64,000 bases of DNA, taken from the NCBI RefSeq assembly GCF_048403405.1, contig NZ_CP183129.1. One strand, written 5' to 3'. Below are positions 32,087-46,233 of the stretch, piece by piece. Made by a program: the position numbers and the translations under genes. The DNA is from Escherichia coli. Its GTDB lineage: Bacteria; Pseudomonadota; Gammaproteobacteria; Enterobacterales; Enterobacteriaceae. The notes under the pieces were generated by a model. The model ran no database searches, had not been told where the DNA came from, and saw nothing but the letters and a program-made list of their open reading frames with translations. Within the stretch, counting starts at the first letter, position 1; each line of letters opens with the position of its first letter.

Positions 32087-32187
32087 CTATAGCTACCCTG
32101 ATGAGAAGAGACAAGCCCTTTTCTGGTCCACCAGGGCCCAAAGTGGTAGCATATCATGAATATTCCTCCCTTTGACGACGAATGCTT

Positions 32188-32766
32188 ATGTCTATACAGA
32201 ACGAAATGCCTGGTTACAACGAAATGAACCAGTATCTGAACCAACAAGGGACGGGTCTGACCCCAGCTGAGATGCATGGTTTAATCAGCGGGATGATATG
32301 TGGCGGTAACGATGACAGCTCATGGCTGCCGCTACTTCACGACCTGACGAACGAAGGCATGGCTTTCGGTCATGAGCTGGCACAGGCACTGCGTAAAATG
32401 CACTCTGCCACCAGCGATGCCCTCCAGGATGACGGCTTCCTTTTTCAGCTTTATCTGCCTGATGGCGATGATGTCAGCGTTTTCGATCGGGCTGATGCGC
32501 TGGCAGGTTGGGTTAATCACTTCCTGCTTGGTCTTGGCGTTACGCAACCGAAGCTGGACAAAGTGACCGGCGAAACCGGTGAAGCCATCGACGATCTGCG
32601 TAACATCGCGCAGTTGGGCTACGACGAAGACGAAGATCAGGAAGAGCTTGAAATGTCGCTTGAAGAGATCATCGAATACGTTCGTGTTGCCGCGCTGTTA
32701 TGCCACGACACCTTTACTCATCCGCAACCGACCGCGCCAGAAGTACAAAAACCGACTCTACACTAA
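32188..32766 (+). CDS. ygfB: UPF0149 family protein YgfB, 192 aa
   Basis: [40 protein letters not shown]...; ORF-track begins 2 codons upstream. Confidence 0.85.
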
Positions 32767-32791
32767 AAACAAAAAACGTAAGGAGAGTGTT

Positions 32792-34117
32792 ATGAGTGAG
32801 ATATCCCGGCAAGAGTTTCAGCGTCGCCGTCAGGCCCTGGTGGAGCAAATGCAACCCGGCAGCGCCGCGCTGATTTTTGCTGCACCAGAAGTAACACGTA
32901 GCGCCGACAGCGAATACCCCTATCGTCAGAACAGTGACTTCTGGTACTTCACCGGCTTTAACGAACCGGAAGCGGTGCTGGTGCTGATTAAAAGCGATGA
33001 CACTCATAACCACAGCGTTTTGTTTAACCGCGTTCGCGACCTGACGGCAGAGATCTGGTTTGGTCGTCGCTTAGGTCAGGATGCCGCGCCAGAGAAACTG
33101 GGTGTTGATCGCGCTCTGGCATTCAGCGAAATTAATCAGCAACTTTATCAACTACTTAATGGTCTGGATGTGGTTTACCACGCCCAGGGCGAATATGCAT
33201 ATGCTGATGAAATCGTGAACAGTGCGCTGGAAAAACTGCGTAAAGGCTCGCGGCAAAATCTTACCGCACCGGCAACGATGATCGACTGGCGTCCCATTGT
33301 TCATGAAATGCGCCTGTTCAAATCGCCGGAAGAGATTGCCGTACTTCGCCGCGCGGGGGAAATTACCGCCCTGGCGCATACCCGGGCGATGGAAAAATGC
33401 CGTCCGGGAATGTTCGAGTACCATCTGGAAGGCGAAATTCACCACGAATTTAACCGCCACGGTGCGCGTTATCCGTCCTACAACACCATCGTCGGCAGCG
33501 GTGAAAACGGCTGCATTCTGCACTACACCGAAAACGAGAGTGAACTGCGTGACGGTGACCTGGTGTTGATTGACGCGGGTTGTGAATACAAAGGTTACGC
33601 GGGCGATATTACCCGCACCTTCCCGGTCAACGGCAAATTCACTCAGGCCCAGCGTGAAATCTACGACATTGTGCTGGAGTCTCTTGAAACCAGCCTGCGC
33701 CTGTATCGTCCGGGAACTTCCATGCAGGAAGTCACTGGTGAAGTGGTGCGTATCATGGTTAGCGGCCTGGTAAAACTCGGCATCCTGAAAGGTGATGTTG
33801 ATGAACTGATCGCTCAGAACGCCCATCGTCCTTTCTTTATGCATGGCCTTAGCCACTGGTTAGGACTGGATGTCCATGACGTTGGCGTTTATGGTCAGGA
33901 TCGCTCGCGCATTCTGGAACCGGGGATGGTACTGACCGTAGAGCCTGGTCTGTATATCGCGCCGGATGCGGATGTGCCAGAACAATATCGCGGTATCGGC
34001 ATTCGTATTGAAGACGACATTGTGATTACCGAAACCGGCAACGAAAACCTCACCGCCAGCGTGGTGAAAAAGCCGGAAGAAATCGAAGCGTTGATGGCTG
34101 CTGCGAGAAAGCAATGA
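32792..34117 (+). CDS. pepP: Xaa-Pro aminopeptidase (aminopeptidase P II), 441 aa
   Basis: MSEISRQEFQRRRQALVEQMQPGSAALIFAAPEVTRSADSEYPYRQ...; ORF-track start 32579 over-extended. Confidence 0.95.
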   Translation: MSEISRQEFQRRRQALVEQMQPGSAALIFAAPEVTRSADSEYPYRQNSDFWYFTGFNEPEAVLVLIKSDDTHNHSVLFNRVRDLTAEIWFGRRLGQDAAPEKLGVDRALAFSEINQQLYQLLNGLDVVYHAQGEYAYADEIVNSALEKLRKGSRQNLTAPATMIDWRPIVHEMRLFKSPEEIAVLRRAGEITALAHTRAMEKCRPGMFEYHLEGEIHHEFNRHGARYPSYNTIVGSGENGCILHYTENESELRDGDLVLIDAGCEYKGYAGDITRTFPVNGKFTQAQREIYDIVLESLETSLRLYRPGTSMQEVTGEVVRIMVSGLVKLGILKGDVDELIAQNAHRPFFMHGLSHWLGLDVHDVGVYGQDRSRILEPGMVLTVEPGLYIAPDADVPEQYRGIGIRIEDDIVITETGNENLTASVVKKPEEIEALMAAARKQ

Positions 34118-35292
34118 GCGTAATCATCGTCGGTGGCGGCATGGCGGGCGCGACGCTGGCGCTGGCTATTTCCCGGTTAAGTCACGGGGCGCTGCCGGTA
34201 CATTTGATTGAAGCGACTGCGCCAGAGTCACATGCTCATCCGGGCTTTGATGGACGAGCTATTGCGCTGGCGGCGGGTACCTGTCAGCAACTGGCGCGCA
34301 TCGGCGTTTGGCAATCTCTGGCGGATTGCGCAACCGCCATCACCAGCGTGCATGTCAGCGATCGTGGTCACGCTGGATTTGTCACCCTCGCCGCAGAAGA
34401 TTACCAACTGGCGGCGCTGGGACAGGTTGTCGAATTGCACAATGTCGGGCAACGGCTGTTTGCATTGCTGCGTAAAGCACCTGGCGTAACGCTGCATTGC
34501 CCTGATCGCGTGGCTAACGTTGCCCGTACTCAGAGTCACGTTGAAGTGACGCTGGAGTGTGGCGAAACGCTGACGGGCCGCGTGCTGGTAGCCGCTGATG
34601 GCACCCATTCAGCGTTAGCCACTGTGTGCGGCGTTGACTGGCAGCAGGAGCCTTACGAACAACTGGCTGTGATTGCCAACGTTGCGACTTCCGTTGCGCA
34701 CGAAGGGCGCGCTTTTGAACGCTTTACGCAACATGGCCCGCTGGCGATGTTGCCGATGTCTGACGGACGCTGTTCGCTGGTCTGGTGTCATCTACTGGAA
34801 CGGCGCGAAGAGGTACTGTCGTGGAGCGACGAGAAGTTTTGCCGTGAACTCCAGTCGGCCTTTGGTTGGCGACTTGGGAAAATTACCCACGCTGGTAAAC
34901 GCAGTGCTTATCCGCTGGCGTTAACCCGCGCCGCCAGACCTATTACCCATCGTACCGTGCTGGTGGGCAATGCGGCGCAAACTCTGCACCCGATTGCCGG
35001 GCAAGGGTTCAACCTCGGTATGCGGGATGTCATGAGCCTTGCGGAAACCTTGACTCAGGCGCAGGAGCGCGGAGAAGACATAGGTGATTACGGCGTATTG
35101 TGCCGTTATCAGCAGCGTCGACAGAGCGATCGCGAAGCAACCATCGGTGTCACGGACAGCCTTGTACATCTTTTTGCCAACCGTTGGACGCCGCTGGTTG
35201 TCGGGCGCAACATCGGGCTGATGACGATGGAATTATTTACCCCGGCACGCGATGTGCTGGCGCAGCGCACCCTCGGTTGGGTGGCGCGTTGA
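34114..35292 (+). CDS. ubiH: 2-octaprenyl-6-methoxyphenol hydroxylase (FAD monooxygenase), 392 aa
   Basis: 392 aa MSVIIVGGGMAGATLALAISRLSHG...; 4-bp overlap with pepP. Confidence 0.9.
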   Translation: MSVIIVGGGMAGATLALAISRLSHGALPVHLIEATAPESHAHPGFDGRAIALAAGTCQQLARIGVWQSLADCATAITSVHVSDRGHAGFVTLAAEDYQLAALGQVVELHNVGQRLFALLRKAPGVTLHCPDRVANVARTQSHVEVTLECGETLTGRVLVAADGTHSALATVCGVDWQQEPYEQLAVIANVATSVAHEGRAFERFTQHGPLAMLPMSDGRCSLVWCHLLERREEVLSWSDEKFCRELQSAFGWRLGKITHAGKRSAYPLALTRAARPITHRTVLVGNAAQTLHPIAGQGFNLGMRDVMSLAETLTQAQERGEDIGDYGVLCRYQQRRQSDREATIGVTDSLVHLFANRWTPLVVGRNIGLMTMELFTPARDVLAQRTLGWVAR

Positions 35293-35314
35293 AGGCGGTT
35301 TTAAGGAATAAACA

Positions 35315-36517
35315 ATGCAAAGTGTTGATGTAGCCATTGTTGGCGGCGGCATGGTGGGGCTGGCGGTTGCCTGCGGCTTACAGGGGAGCGGCTTACGCGT
35401 TGCCGTACTGGAGCAGCGCGTACCGGAACCTCTGGCGGCGAATGCACCACCACAACTGCGCGTTTCGGCTATCAATGCCGCCAGCGAAAAATTACTCACC
35501 CGTCTTGGCGTCTGGCAGGACATTCTCTCTCGTAGGGCCAGTTGTTATCACGGTATGGAAGTGTGGGACAAAGACAGCTTTGGTCACATTTCGTTTGACG
35601 ATCAAAGCATGGGCTATAGCCATCTTGGGCATATCGTTGAAAACTCAGTGATTCACTACGCGCTGTGGAACAAAGCGCAGCAGTCGTCAGATATCACTCT
35701 GTTGGCCCCCGCAGAATTACAGCAGGTCGCCTGGGGAGAAAATGAAACCTTCCTGACGCTGAAAGATGGCAGCATGTTAACGGCGCGTCTGGTGATTGGC
35801 GCGGACGGCGCTAATTCCTGGTTGCGCAACAAAGCCGATATTCCGCTGACTTTCTGGGATTATCAGCATCACGCGCTGGTAGCGACCATTAGCACGGAAG
35901 AACCGCATGATGCGGTGGCGCGGCAGGTTTTCCATGGCGAAGGCATTCTGGCCTTTTTACCGCTTAGCGATCCGCATCTTTGCTCGATTGTCTGGTCACT
36001 GTCGCCAGAGGAAGCGCAGCGGATGCAGCAGGCAAGTGAAGACGAATTTAATCGCGCGTTAAATATCGCTTTTGATAATCGCCTTGGCTTATGCAAGGTT
36101 GAGAGTGCGCGTCAGGTGTTCCCACTGACGGGGCGTTATGCGCGCCAATTTGCCGCGCACCGTCTGGCGTTGGTGGGCGACGCCGCGCATACCATTCACC
36201 CGCTGGCGGGGCAGGGCGTTAATCTCGGCTTTATGGATGCTGCAGAGCTGGTTGCTGAACTGAAACGGTTGCATCGTCAGGGGAAAGACATCGGGCAGTA
36301 CATTTATCTGCGTCGCTATGAGCGTAGCCGCAAGCACAGTGCGGCGCTGATGCTGGCTGGTATGCAGGGATTCCGCGATCTGTTTTCCGGTACCAATCCG
36401 GCGAAAAAACTGCTGCGTGATATTGGTTTGAAACTGGCCGACACGCTTCCTGGCGTTAAACCACAACTTATCCGCCAGGCAATGGGATTAAACGATTTGC
36501 CTGAATGGCTGCGTTAA
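35315..36517 (+). CDS. ubiI: 2-octaprenylphenol hydroxylase (VisC/UbiI), 400 aa
   Basis: 400 aa MQSVDVAIVGGGMVGLAVACGLQGSGLRVAVLEQ... Confidence 0.9.
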   Translation: MQSVDVAIVGGGMVGLAVACGLQGSGLRVAVLEQRVPEPLAANAPPQLRVSAINAASEKLLTRLGVWQDILSRRASCYHGMEVWDKDSFGHISFDDQSMGYSHLGHIVENSVIHYALWNKAQQSSDITLLAPAELQQVAWGENETFLTLKDGSMLTARLVIGADGANSWLRNKADIPLTFWDYQHHALVATISTEEPHDAVARQVFHGEGILAFLPLSDPHLCSIVWSLSPEEAQRMQQASEDEFNRALNIAFDNRLGLCKVESARQVFPLTGRYARQFAAHRLALVGDAAHTIHPLAGQGVNLGFMDAAELVAELKRLHRQGKDIGQYIYLRRYERSRKHSAALMLAGMQGFRDLFSGTNPAKKLLRDIGLKLADTLPGVKPQLIRQAMGLNDLPEWLR

Positions 36518-36560
36518 AAATTTCTCTTCTGCTGTTTATTTGATACCCATCACACTTTCA

Positions 36561-36589
36561 TCTCCCGGTTTTTTCGCCGGGAGATTTTC
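36561..36589 (+). terminator. ubiI terminator
   Basis: TCTCCCGG-ttttttcg-CCGGGAGA hairpin followed by TTTTCC. Confidence 0.6.
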
Positions 36590-36599
36590 CTCATTTGAA

Positions 36600-36964
36600 A
36601 TAAACTAATTTCACCTCCGTTTTCGCATTATATTTTCTAATGTCATGATTTTTTGATTTAGTGTTTTTTGACAATTTTTTAGTTCTTAATATTGCATTAA
36701 TCAAATTAACTTTCTCATCTGTTTATCTTTATATAGAGATTTGTTCATTTTTTGGTTTTTTATTCTGTTGTGATTTTGGCGTTTTTTAACCATAAGCTAA
36801 TGTGATGATCAATTTTACCTTATGGTTAACAGTCTGTTTCGGTGGTAAGTTCAGGCAAAAGAGAACGATTGCGTTGGGGACCGGGAGTGGCTCCGATGCT
36901 GGGTTTCGTGGTGATAATTTCGCCATGGAAAAGTTGTCAGCCCCGCTTATTCAATGAGGACAAG
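36600..36964 (+). promoter_or_regulatory. gcvTHP control region (very AT-rich upstream region)
   Basis: About 360 bp of AT-rich sequence with multiple T-tracts upstream of gcvT; the gcv promoter is known to carry GcvA/Lrp/CRP/PurR sites but individual sites were not mapped here. Confidence 0.45.
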
Positions 36965-38059
36965 ATGGCACAACAGACTCCTTTGTACGAACAACACACG
37001 CTTTGCGGCGCTCGCATGGTGGATTTCCACGGCTGGATGATGCCGCTGCATTACGGTTCGCAAATCGACGAACATCATGCGGTACGTACCGATGCCGGAA
37101 TGTTTGATGTGTCACATATGACCATCGTCGATCTTCGCGGCAGCCGCACCCGGGAGTTTTTGCGTTATCTGCTGGCGAACGATGTGGCGAAACTCACCAA
37201 AAGCGGCAAAGCCCTTTACTCGGGGATGTTGAATGCCTCTGGCGGTGTGATAGATGACCTCATCGTCTACTACTTTACTGAAGATTTCTTCCGCCTCGTT
37301 GTTAACTCCGCCACCCGCGAAAAAGACCTCTCCTGGATTACCCAACACGCTGAACCTTTCGGCATCGAAATTACCGTTCGTGATGACCTTTCCATGATCG
37401 CCGTGCAAGGGCCGAATGCGCAGGCAAAAGCTGCCACACTGTTTAATGACGCTCAGCGTCATGCGGTGGAAGGGATGAAACCGTTCTTTGGCGTGCAGGC
37501 GGGCGATCTGTTTATTGCCACCACCGGTTACACCGGTGAAGCGGGCTACGAAATTGCGCTGCCCAATGAAAAAGCGGCCGATTTCTGGCGCGCGCTGGTG
37601 GAAGCGGGCGTTAAGCCATGCGGTCTGGGCGCGCGTGACACGCTGCGTCTGGAAGCGGGCATGAATCTTTATGGTCAGGAGATGGACGAAACCATCTCTC
37701 CGTTAGCCGCCAACATGGGCTGGACTATCGCCTGGGAACCAGCAGATCGTGACTTCATCGGTCGTGAAGCCCTGGAAGTGCAGCGTGAACATGGCACAGA
37801 AAAACTGGTTGGTCTGGTGATGACTGAAAAAGGCGTGCTGCGTAATGAACTGCCGGTACGTTTTACTGATGCGCAGGGCAACCAGCATGAAGGCATTATC
37901 ACCAGCGGTACTTTCTCCCCGACGCTGGGTTACAGCATTGCGCTGGCGCGTGTGCCGGAAGGTATTGGTGAAACGGCGATTGTGCAAATTCGCAACCGTG
38001 AAATGCCGGTTAAAGTGACGAAACCTGTTTTTGTGCGTAACGGTAAAGCCGTCGCGTGA
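36965..38059 (+). CDS. gcvT: glycine cleavage system T protein (aminomethyltransferase), 364 aa
   Basis: [52 protein letters not shown]... Confidence 0.95.
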
Positions 38060-38082
38060 TTTACTTTTTTGGAGATTGATTG

Positions 38083-38472
38083 ATGAGCAACGTACCAGCA
38101 GAACTGAAATACAGCAAAGAACACGAATGGCTGCGTAAAGAAGCCGACGGCACTTACACCGTTGGTATCACCGAACATGCCCAGGAGCTGTTAGGCGATA
38201 TGGTGTTTGTTGACCTGCCGGAAGTGGGCGCAACGGTTAGCGCGGGCGATGACTGCGCGGTTGCCGAATCGGTAAAAGCGGCGTCAGACATTTATGCGCC
38301 AGTAAGCGGTGAAATCGTGGCGGTAAACGACGCACTGAGCGATTCCCCGGAACTGGTGAACAGCGAACCGTATGCAGGCGGCTGGATCTTTAAAATCAAA
38401 GCCAGCGATGAAAGCGAACTGGAATCACTGCTGGATGCGACCGCATACGAAGCATTGTTAGAAGACGAGTAA
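38083..38472 (+). CDS. gcvH: glycine cleavage system H protein (lipoyl carrier), 129 aa
   Basis: [49 protein letters not shown]...; lipoyl-lysine context ESVKAASD. Confidence 0.95.
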
Positions 38473-38590
38473 CGGCTTTATTCCTCTTCTGCGGGAGAGG
38501 ATCAGGGTGAGGAACTTTTACGCCTCACCCTCACTCTCTTCGCAAGGAGAGAGGTTCACAATTCACTGCACGTTTCAGGAACCATCGCTC

Positions 38591-41464
38591 ATGACACAGA
38601 CGTTAAGCCAGCTTGAAAACAGCGGCGCTTTTATTGAACGCCATATCGGACCGGATGCCGCGCAACAGCAAGAAATGCTGAATGCCGTTGGCGCACAATC
38701 GTTAAACGCGCTGACCGGCCAGATTGTGCCGAAAGATATTCAGCTTGCGACCCCGCCGCAGGTTGGCGCACCGGCGACCGAATACGCCGCGCTGGCGGAA
38801 CTCAAGGCTATTGCCAGTCGCAATAAACGCTTCACGTCTTACATCGGCATGGGTTACACCGCCGTGCAGCTACCGCCGGTTATCCTGCGTAACATGCTGG
38901 AAAATCCGGGCTGGTATACCGCGTATACTCCGTATCAACCTGAAGTCTCCCAGGGCCGCCTTGAAGCACTGCTCAACTTCCAGCAGGTAACGCTGGATTT
39001 GACCGGGCTGGATATGGCCTCTGCTTCTCTTCTGGACGAGGCCACCGCTGCCGCCGAAGCAATGGCGATGGCGAAACGCGTCAGCAAACTGAAAAATGCC
39101 AACCGCTTCTTTGTTGCTTCTGACGTCCATCCGCAAACGCTCGATGTGGTCCGTACTCGTGCTGAAACCTTTGGTTTTGAAGTGATTGTCGATGATGCGC
39201 AAAAAGTGCTCGACCACCAGGACGTCTTCGGCGTGCTGTTACAGCAGGTCGGCACTACTGGTGAAATTCACGACTACACCGCGCTTATTAGCGAACTGAA
39301 ATCACGCAAAATTGTGGTCAGTGTCGCCGCCGATATTATGGCGCTGGTGCTGTTAACTGCGCCGGGTAAACAGGGCGCGGATATTGTTTTTGGTTCGGCG
39401 CAACGCTTTGGCGTACCGATGGGTTACGGTGGCCCACACGCGGCATTCTTTGCGGCGAAAGACGAATACAAACGCTCAATGCCGGGCCGTATTATCGGTG
39501 TATCGAAAGATGCAGCTGGCAACACCGCTCTGCGCATGGCGATGCAGACTCGCGAGCAACATATTCGTCGTGAGAAAGCGAACTCCAACATTTGTACTTC
39601 CCAGGTGCTGCTGGCAAACATCGCCAGCCTGTATGCCGTTTATCACGGCCCGGTTGGCCTGAAACGTATCGCTAACCGCATTCACCGTCTGACCGATATC
39701 CTGGCGGCAGGCCTGCAACAAAAAGGTCTGAAGCTGCGCCATGCGCACTATTTCGACACTCTGTGTGTGGAAGTGGCCGACAAGGCGGGCGTACTGGCGC
39801 GTGCCGAAGTGGCTGAAATCAACCTGCGTAGCGATATCCTGAACGCGGTTGGGATCACCCTTGATGAAACCACCACGCGCGAAAACGTGATGCAGCTTTT
39901 CAGCGTACTGCTGGGGGATAACCACGGACTGGACATCGACACGCTGGACAAAGACGTGGCTCACGATAGCCGCTCTATTCAGCCTGCAATGTTGCGCGAC
40001 GACGAAATCCTCACCCATCCGGTGTTTAATCGCTACCACAGCGAAACCGAAATGATGCGCTATATGCACTCGCTGGAGCGTAAAGATCTGGCGCTGAATC
40101 AGGCGATGATCCCGCTGGGTTCCTGCACCATGAAACTGAACGCCGCCGCCGAGATGATCCCCATCACCTGGCCGGAATTTGCCGAACTGCACCCGTTCTG
40201 CCCGCCGGAACAGGCCGAAGGTTATCAGCAGATGATTGCGCAACTGGCTGACTGGCTGGTGAAACTGACCGGTTACGACGCCGTTTGTATGCAGCCGAAC
40301 TCTGGCGCACAGGGCGAATATGCGGGCCTGCTGGCGATTCGTCATTATCATGAAAGCCGCAACGAAGGGCATCGCGATATCTGCCTGATCCCGGCTTCTG
40401 CGCACGGAACTAACCCCGCTTCTGCACATATGGCAGGAATGCAGGTGGTAGTTGTGGCATGTGATAAAAATGGCAACATCGATCTGACTGACCTGCGCGC
40501 GAAAGCGGAACAAGCGGGCGATAATCTCTCCTGCATCATGGTGACTTATCCTTCCACCCACGGCGTGTACGAAGAAACGATCCGTGAAGTGTGTGAAGTC
40601 GTGCATCAGTTCGGCGGTCAGGTTTACCTTGATGGCGCGAACATGAACGCCCAGGTCGGCATCACCTCACCGGGCTTTATTGGCGCGGACGTCTCGCACC
40701 TTAACCTGCATAAAACTTTCTGCATTCCGCACGGTGGCGGCGGCCCAGGTATGGGACCGATCGGCGTGAAAGCGCATCTGGCACCGTTTGTGCCAGGTCA
40801 TAGCGTGGTACAAATTGAAGGCATGTTAACCCGTCAGGGCGCGGTTTCTGCGGCACCGTTCGGTAGCGCATCCATTCTGCCAATCAGCTGGATGTACATC
40901 CGCATGATGGGCGCAGAAGGGCTGAAAAAAGCAAGCCAGGTGGCAATCCTCAACGCCAACTATATTGCCAGCCGCCTGCAGGATGCCTTCCCGGTGCTGT
41001 ATACCGGTCGCGACGGTCGCGTGGCGCACGAATGTATTCTCGATATTCGCCCGCTGAAAGAAGAAACCGGCATCAGCGAACTGGATATTGCCAAGCGTCT
41101 GATCGACTACGGTTTCCACGCGCCGACGATGTCGTTCCCGGTGGCGGGTACGCTGATGGTTGAACCGACTGAATCTGAAAGCAAAGTGGAACTGGATCGC
41201 TTTATCGACGCGATGCTGGCTATCCGCGCAGAAATTGACCAGGTGAAAGCCGGTGTCTGGCCGCTGGAAGATAACCCGCTGGTGAACGCGCCACACATTC
41301 AGAGCGAACTGGTCGCCGAGTGGGCGCATCCGTACAGCCGTGAAGTTGCAGTATTCCCGGCAGGCGTGGCAGACAAATACTGGTCGACAGTGAAACGTCT
41401 GGATGATGTTTACGGCGACCGTAACCTGTTCTGCTCCTGCGTACCGATTAGCGAATACCAGTAA
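38591..41464 (+). CDS. gcvP: glycine dehydrogenase (decarboxylating) P protein, 957 aa
   Basis: [51 protein letters not shown]...; ORF-track start 38507 over-extended. Confidence 0.95.
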   Translation: MTQTLSQLENSGAFIERHIGPDAAQQQEMLNAVGAQSLNALTGQIVPKDIQLATPPQVGAPATEYAALAELKAIASRNKRFTSYIGMGYTAVQLPPVILRNMLENPGWYTAYTPYQPEVSQGRLEALLNFQQVTLDLTGLDMASASLLDEATAAAEAMAMAKRVSKLKNANRFFVASDVHPQTLDVVRTRAETFGFEVIVDDAQKVLDHQDVFGVLLQQVGTTGEIHDYTALISELKSRKIVVSVAADIMALVLLTAPGKQGADIVFGSAQRFGVPMGYGGPHAAFFAAKDEYKRSMPGRIIGVSKDAAGNTALRMAMQTREQHIRREKANSNICTSQVLLANIASLYAVYHGPVGLKRIANRIHRLTDILAAGLQQKGLKLRHAHYFDTLCVEVADKAGVLARAEVAEINLRSDILNAVGITLDETTTRENVMQLFSVLLGDNHGLDIDTLDKDVAHDSRSIQPAMLRDDEILTHPVFNRYHSETEMMRYMHSLERKDLALNQAMIPLGSCTMKLNAAAEMIPITWPEFAELHPFCPPEQAEGYQQMIAQLADWLVKLTGYDAVCMQPNSGAQGEYAGLLAIRHYHESRNEGHRDICLIPASAHGTNPASAHMAGMQVVVVACDKNGNIDLTDLRAKAEQAGDNLSCIMVTYPSTHGVYEETIREVCEVVHQFGGQVYLDGANMNAQVGITSPGFIGADVSHLNLHKTFCIPHGGGGPGMGPIGVKAHLAPFVPGHSVVQIEGMLTRQGAVSAAPFGSASILPISWMYIRMMGAEGLKKASQVAILNANYIASRLQDAFPVLYTGRDGRVAHECILDIRPLKEETGISELDIAKRLIDYGFHAPTMSFPVAGTLMVEPTESESKVELDRFIDAMLAIRAEIDQVKAGVWPLEDNPLVNAPHIQSELVAEWAHPYSREVAVFPAGVADKYWSTVKRLDDVYGDRNLFCSCVPISEYQ

Positions 41465-41486
41465 TTTACTGATTCGACTATCTTCT

Positions 41487-41508
41487 AAAGGCGCTTCGGC
41501 GCCTTTTT
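41487..41508. terminator. gcvP terminator (candidate bidirectional, shared with convergent bglA)
   Basis: AAAGGCGC-TTCG-GCGCCTTT with GNRA-like tetraloop and T-tract; A-tract on the other side. Confidence 0.7.
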
Positions 41509-41627
41509 AGCTTGTTAATAAAGTGCGCTTTGTGTGTCGGATGAAGCGTAAATATAAACTCCTGGAGTTCAATATATGACAGGAGCGCCAGGCCTGATGA
41601 GCGGAGCACATCAGGCACATCGGCTAA

Positions 41628-43088
<1,461 letters not shown>

Positions 43089-43105
43089 TTACAGGAAATA
43101 GTACC

Positions 43106-43417
43106 ATGCAGCCAAACGACATCACTTTTTTTCAACGTTTCCAGGATGACATTCTGGCTGGGCGTAAAACCATCACCATCCGCGACGAGTCTGAATCGCA
43201 CTTCAAAACGGGTGATGTGCTTCGTGTCGGGCGTTTTGAAGATGACGGTTATTTTTGCACGATTGAAGTCACCGCAACCTCAACCGTAACGCTGGATACA
43301 CTGACGGAAAAACATGCAGAGCAGGAAAATATGACCCTGACTGAACTGAAAAAGGTCATTGCCGACATCTATCCCGGTCAGACACAGTTTTATGTGATTG
43401 AATTTAAATGTCTTTAA
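43106..43417 (+). CDS. yqfB: ASCH-domain protein YqfB (recalled as N4-acetylcytidine amidohydrolase), 103 aa
   Basis: 103 aa [51 protein letters not shown]... Confidence 0.85.
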   Translation: MQPNDITFFQRFQDDILAGRKTITIRDESESHFKTGDVLRVGRFEDDGYFCTIEVTATSTVTLDTLTEKHAEQENMTLTELKKVIADIYPGQTQFYVIEFKCL

Positions 43418-43577
43418 ATTGAACTCACACCTGTTAGTTGAAATTTTGCATTTAATTTCATGATTTTTCGGAGATTAGTCCCAAATCAGAATTTATTTTA
43501 GCTAACAGGTGTTCACTGGAACTATTCTCAGTTACGCTGGAGAGGTTTACACGTGCGTGTACGTTTCTCCGGAGTAA

Positions 43578-44240
<663 letters not shown>

Positions 44241-44276
44241 TGGGTGTGCCTTTGTAGGCCTGAAAAGACACACCCG

Positions 44277-44310
44277 CGTCGCATCAGGCGATAAATGCCT
44301 GATGCGACAC
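44277..44310. repeat. REP-like palindromic element between convergent yqfA and ygfZ
   Basis: GCGTCGCATCAGGCG-ataaat-GCCTGATGCGACAC, REP-type imperfect palindrome; preceded by hairpin GGGTGTG...CACACCC (44242-44275). Confidence 0.5.
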
Positions 44311-44316
44311 AGAGAT

Positions 44317-45297
44317 TTACTCTTCGAGCGAATACGGCAGCGGCTCGATACGCAATGTATTCGCATCGTCACGCACGCGGAAGATGCTGTCCGGTTCCAT
44401 ATCGTTATTCATAACGACCTGTACCACGACCTGACCATCTTCCAGTTTGACCGCAGCCAGCACCGTACCGGTACGACGCCAGTTCTCGCCCATTTTCAGC
44501 TCTAAGTCTTCACCGGCTTCCGGCAGTCGGCTGGCGCTACCCGTCAGCAACCAGAGCGCGCGTTTGTTGGCACCACGGAATTTAGCTCGCGCCACCATCT
44601 CTTGTCCGGTATAGCAGCCTTTTTTAAAGCTAATGCCGCCCAGCGCCTGGAGGTTGGTCGCCTGTGGGATAAACTGCCCGCTGTTGGCGGCATCAATCAC
44701 CGGGAAACCCGCTTCAATGTTTAATGCCAGCCACTGTTGGCTATTGTTCAGTTCCGCTTCACCGCGCAGTTTATCGGTCAGCATATTGGCAGTGGCTTCA
44801 TCGGTTACGATCAGGAAACGTTCTGCAGGGTGTTCAAACCATAGCAAAGTGGTCGCGCCTTCTTTAACTACCTGTTTTTCTTTCGAAGGCAGTTCACTAA
44901 AGATATTTGCCAGCGCGGCGCGCGCCTGAAAACCGGCAACACCAAGCAGCACACGCTCGTCGTCTGGCGCGATGATCACTTTAGAGAATACCGCATATTT
45001 TTTCAGTTCAGTCAGCTGCGATTCACGCACGCTGCGCCGTTCAATCCATGCAAAGCCATCGCCGTCGCGGAACAGACGTAAATTGCTCCACATTTTACCT
45101 TTGGCGTCGCAATGGGCGGCGAGCAGGTGCTGATCTTCTGTCATCTGGCTGACATCTGCTGTCACCTGACCCTGCATATATTTTTCGCTGTCCGCGCCAG
45201 TAATGGTGGCAAGCGCCCAGTCATCAAGCGTCATCAGCGTCAGCGGTAAACGGGCAGAAGCCGTAGGCTGACGGGGAGGAAAAGGTGTAAAAGCCAT
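44317..45297 (-). CDS. ygfZ: folate-binding Fe-S cluster repair/assembly protein YgfZ, 326 aa
   Basis: 326 aa [49 protein letters not shown]... Confidence 0.9.
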   Translation of the reverse strand: MAFTPFPPRQPTASARLPLTLMTLDDWALATITGADSEKYMQGQVTADVSQMTEDQHLLAAHCDAKGKMWSNLRLFRDGDGFAWIERRSVRESQLTELKKYAVFSKVIIAPDDERVLLGVAGFQARAALANIFSELPSKEKQVVKEGATTLLWFEHPAERFLIVTDEATANMLTDKLRGEAELNNSQQWLALNIEAGFPVIDAANSGQFIPQATNLQALGGISFKKGCYTGQEMVARAKFRGANKRALWLLTGSASRLPEAGEDLELKMGENWRRTGTVLAAVKLEDGQVVVQVVMNNDMEPDSIFRVRDDANTLRIEPLPYSLEE

Positions 45298-45527
45298 AAT
45301 AGAGTCCTGAGTTGCTTAACGGCGTATTAATCACTAATGGTAAAAGAGCTATGAGGCAATGCAAGTGCTTTCACTACGCGATCTGTGCCTTCTGCGAGGC
45401 GACTTCCAAAAAAATGAAGCCCTTGAATTGTTGTGAATTAATTTCGCGATCGCGATGGTGTTTACTGATATTCCCGCAAAAGAAGTCGAAAAACACGTTA
45501 CAATAGCGGGGTACTGGATTTTCGTGA

Positions 45528-46194
<667 letters not shown>

Positions 46195-46233
46195 AGATGA
46201 CGGCAAAGCATATGCGCTAAGCCGTCAGTGACA

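Noticed and set aside
39476-40606. 376-aa minus-strand ORF inside gcvP
   Set aside because: Antisense to the conserved glycine dehydrogenase; no independent signals.
41530-41627. Possible REP element or small ORF (ATGACAGGAGCGCCAGGCCTGATGAGC...) downstream of gcvP
   Set aside because: The palindrome CCTGATG...CATCAGG is degenerate relative to canonical REP, and the ORF runs into the 3' end of bglA on the opposite strand; too weak to call.
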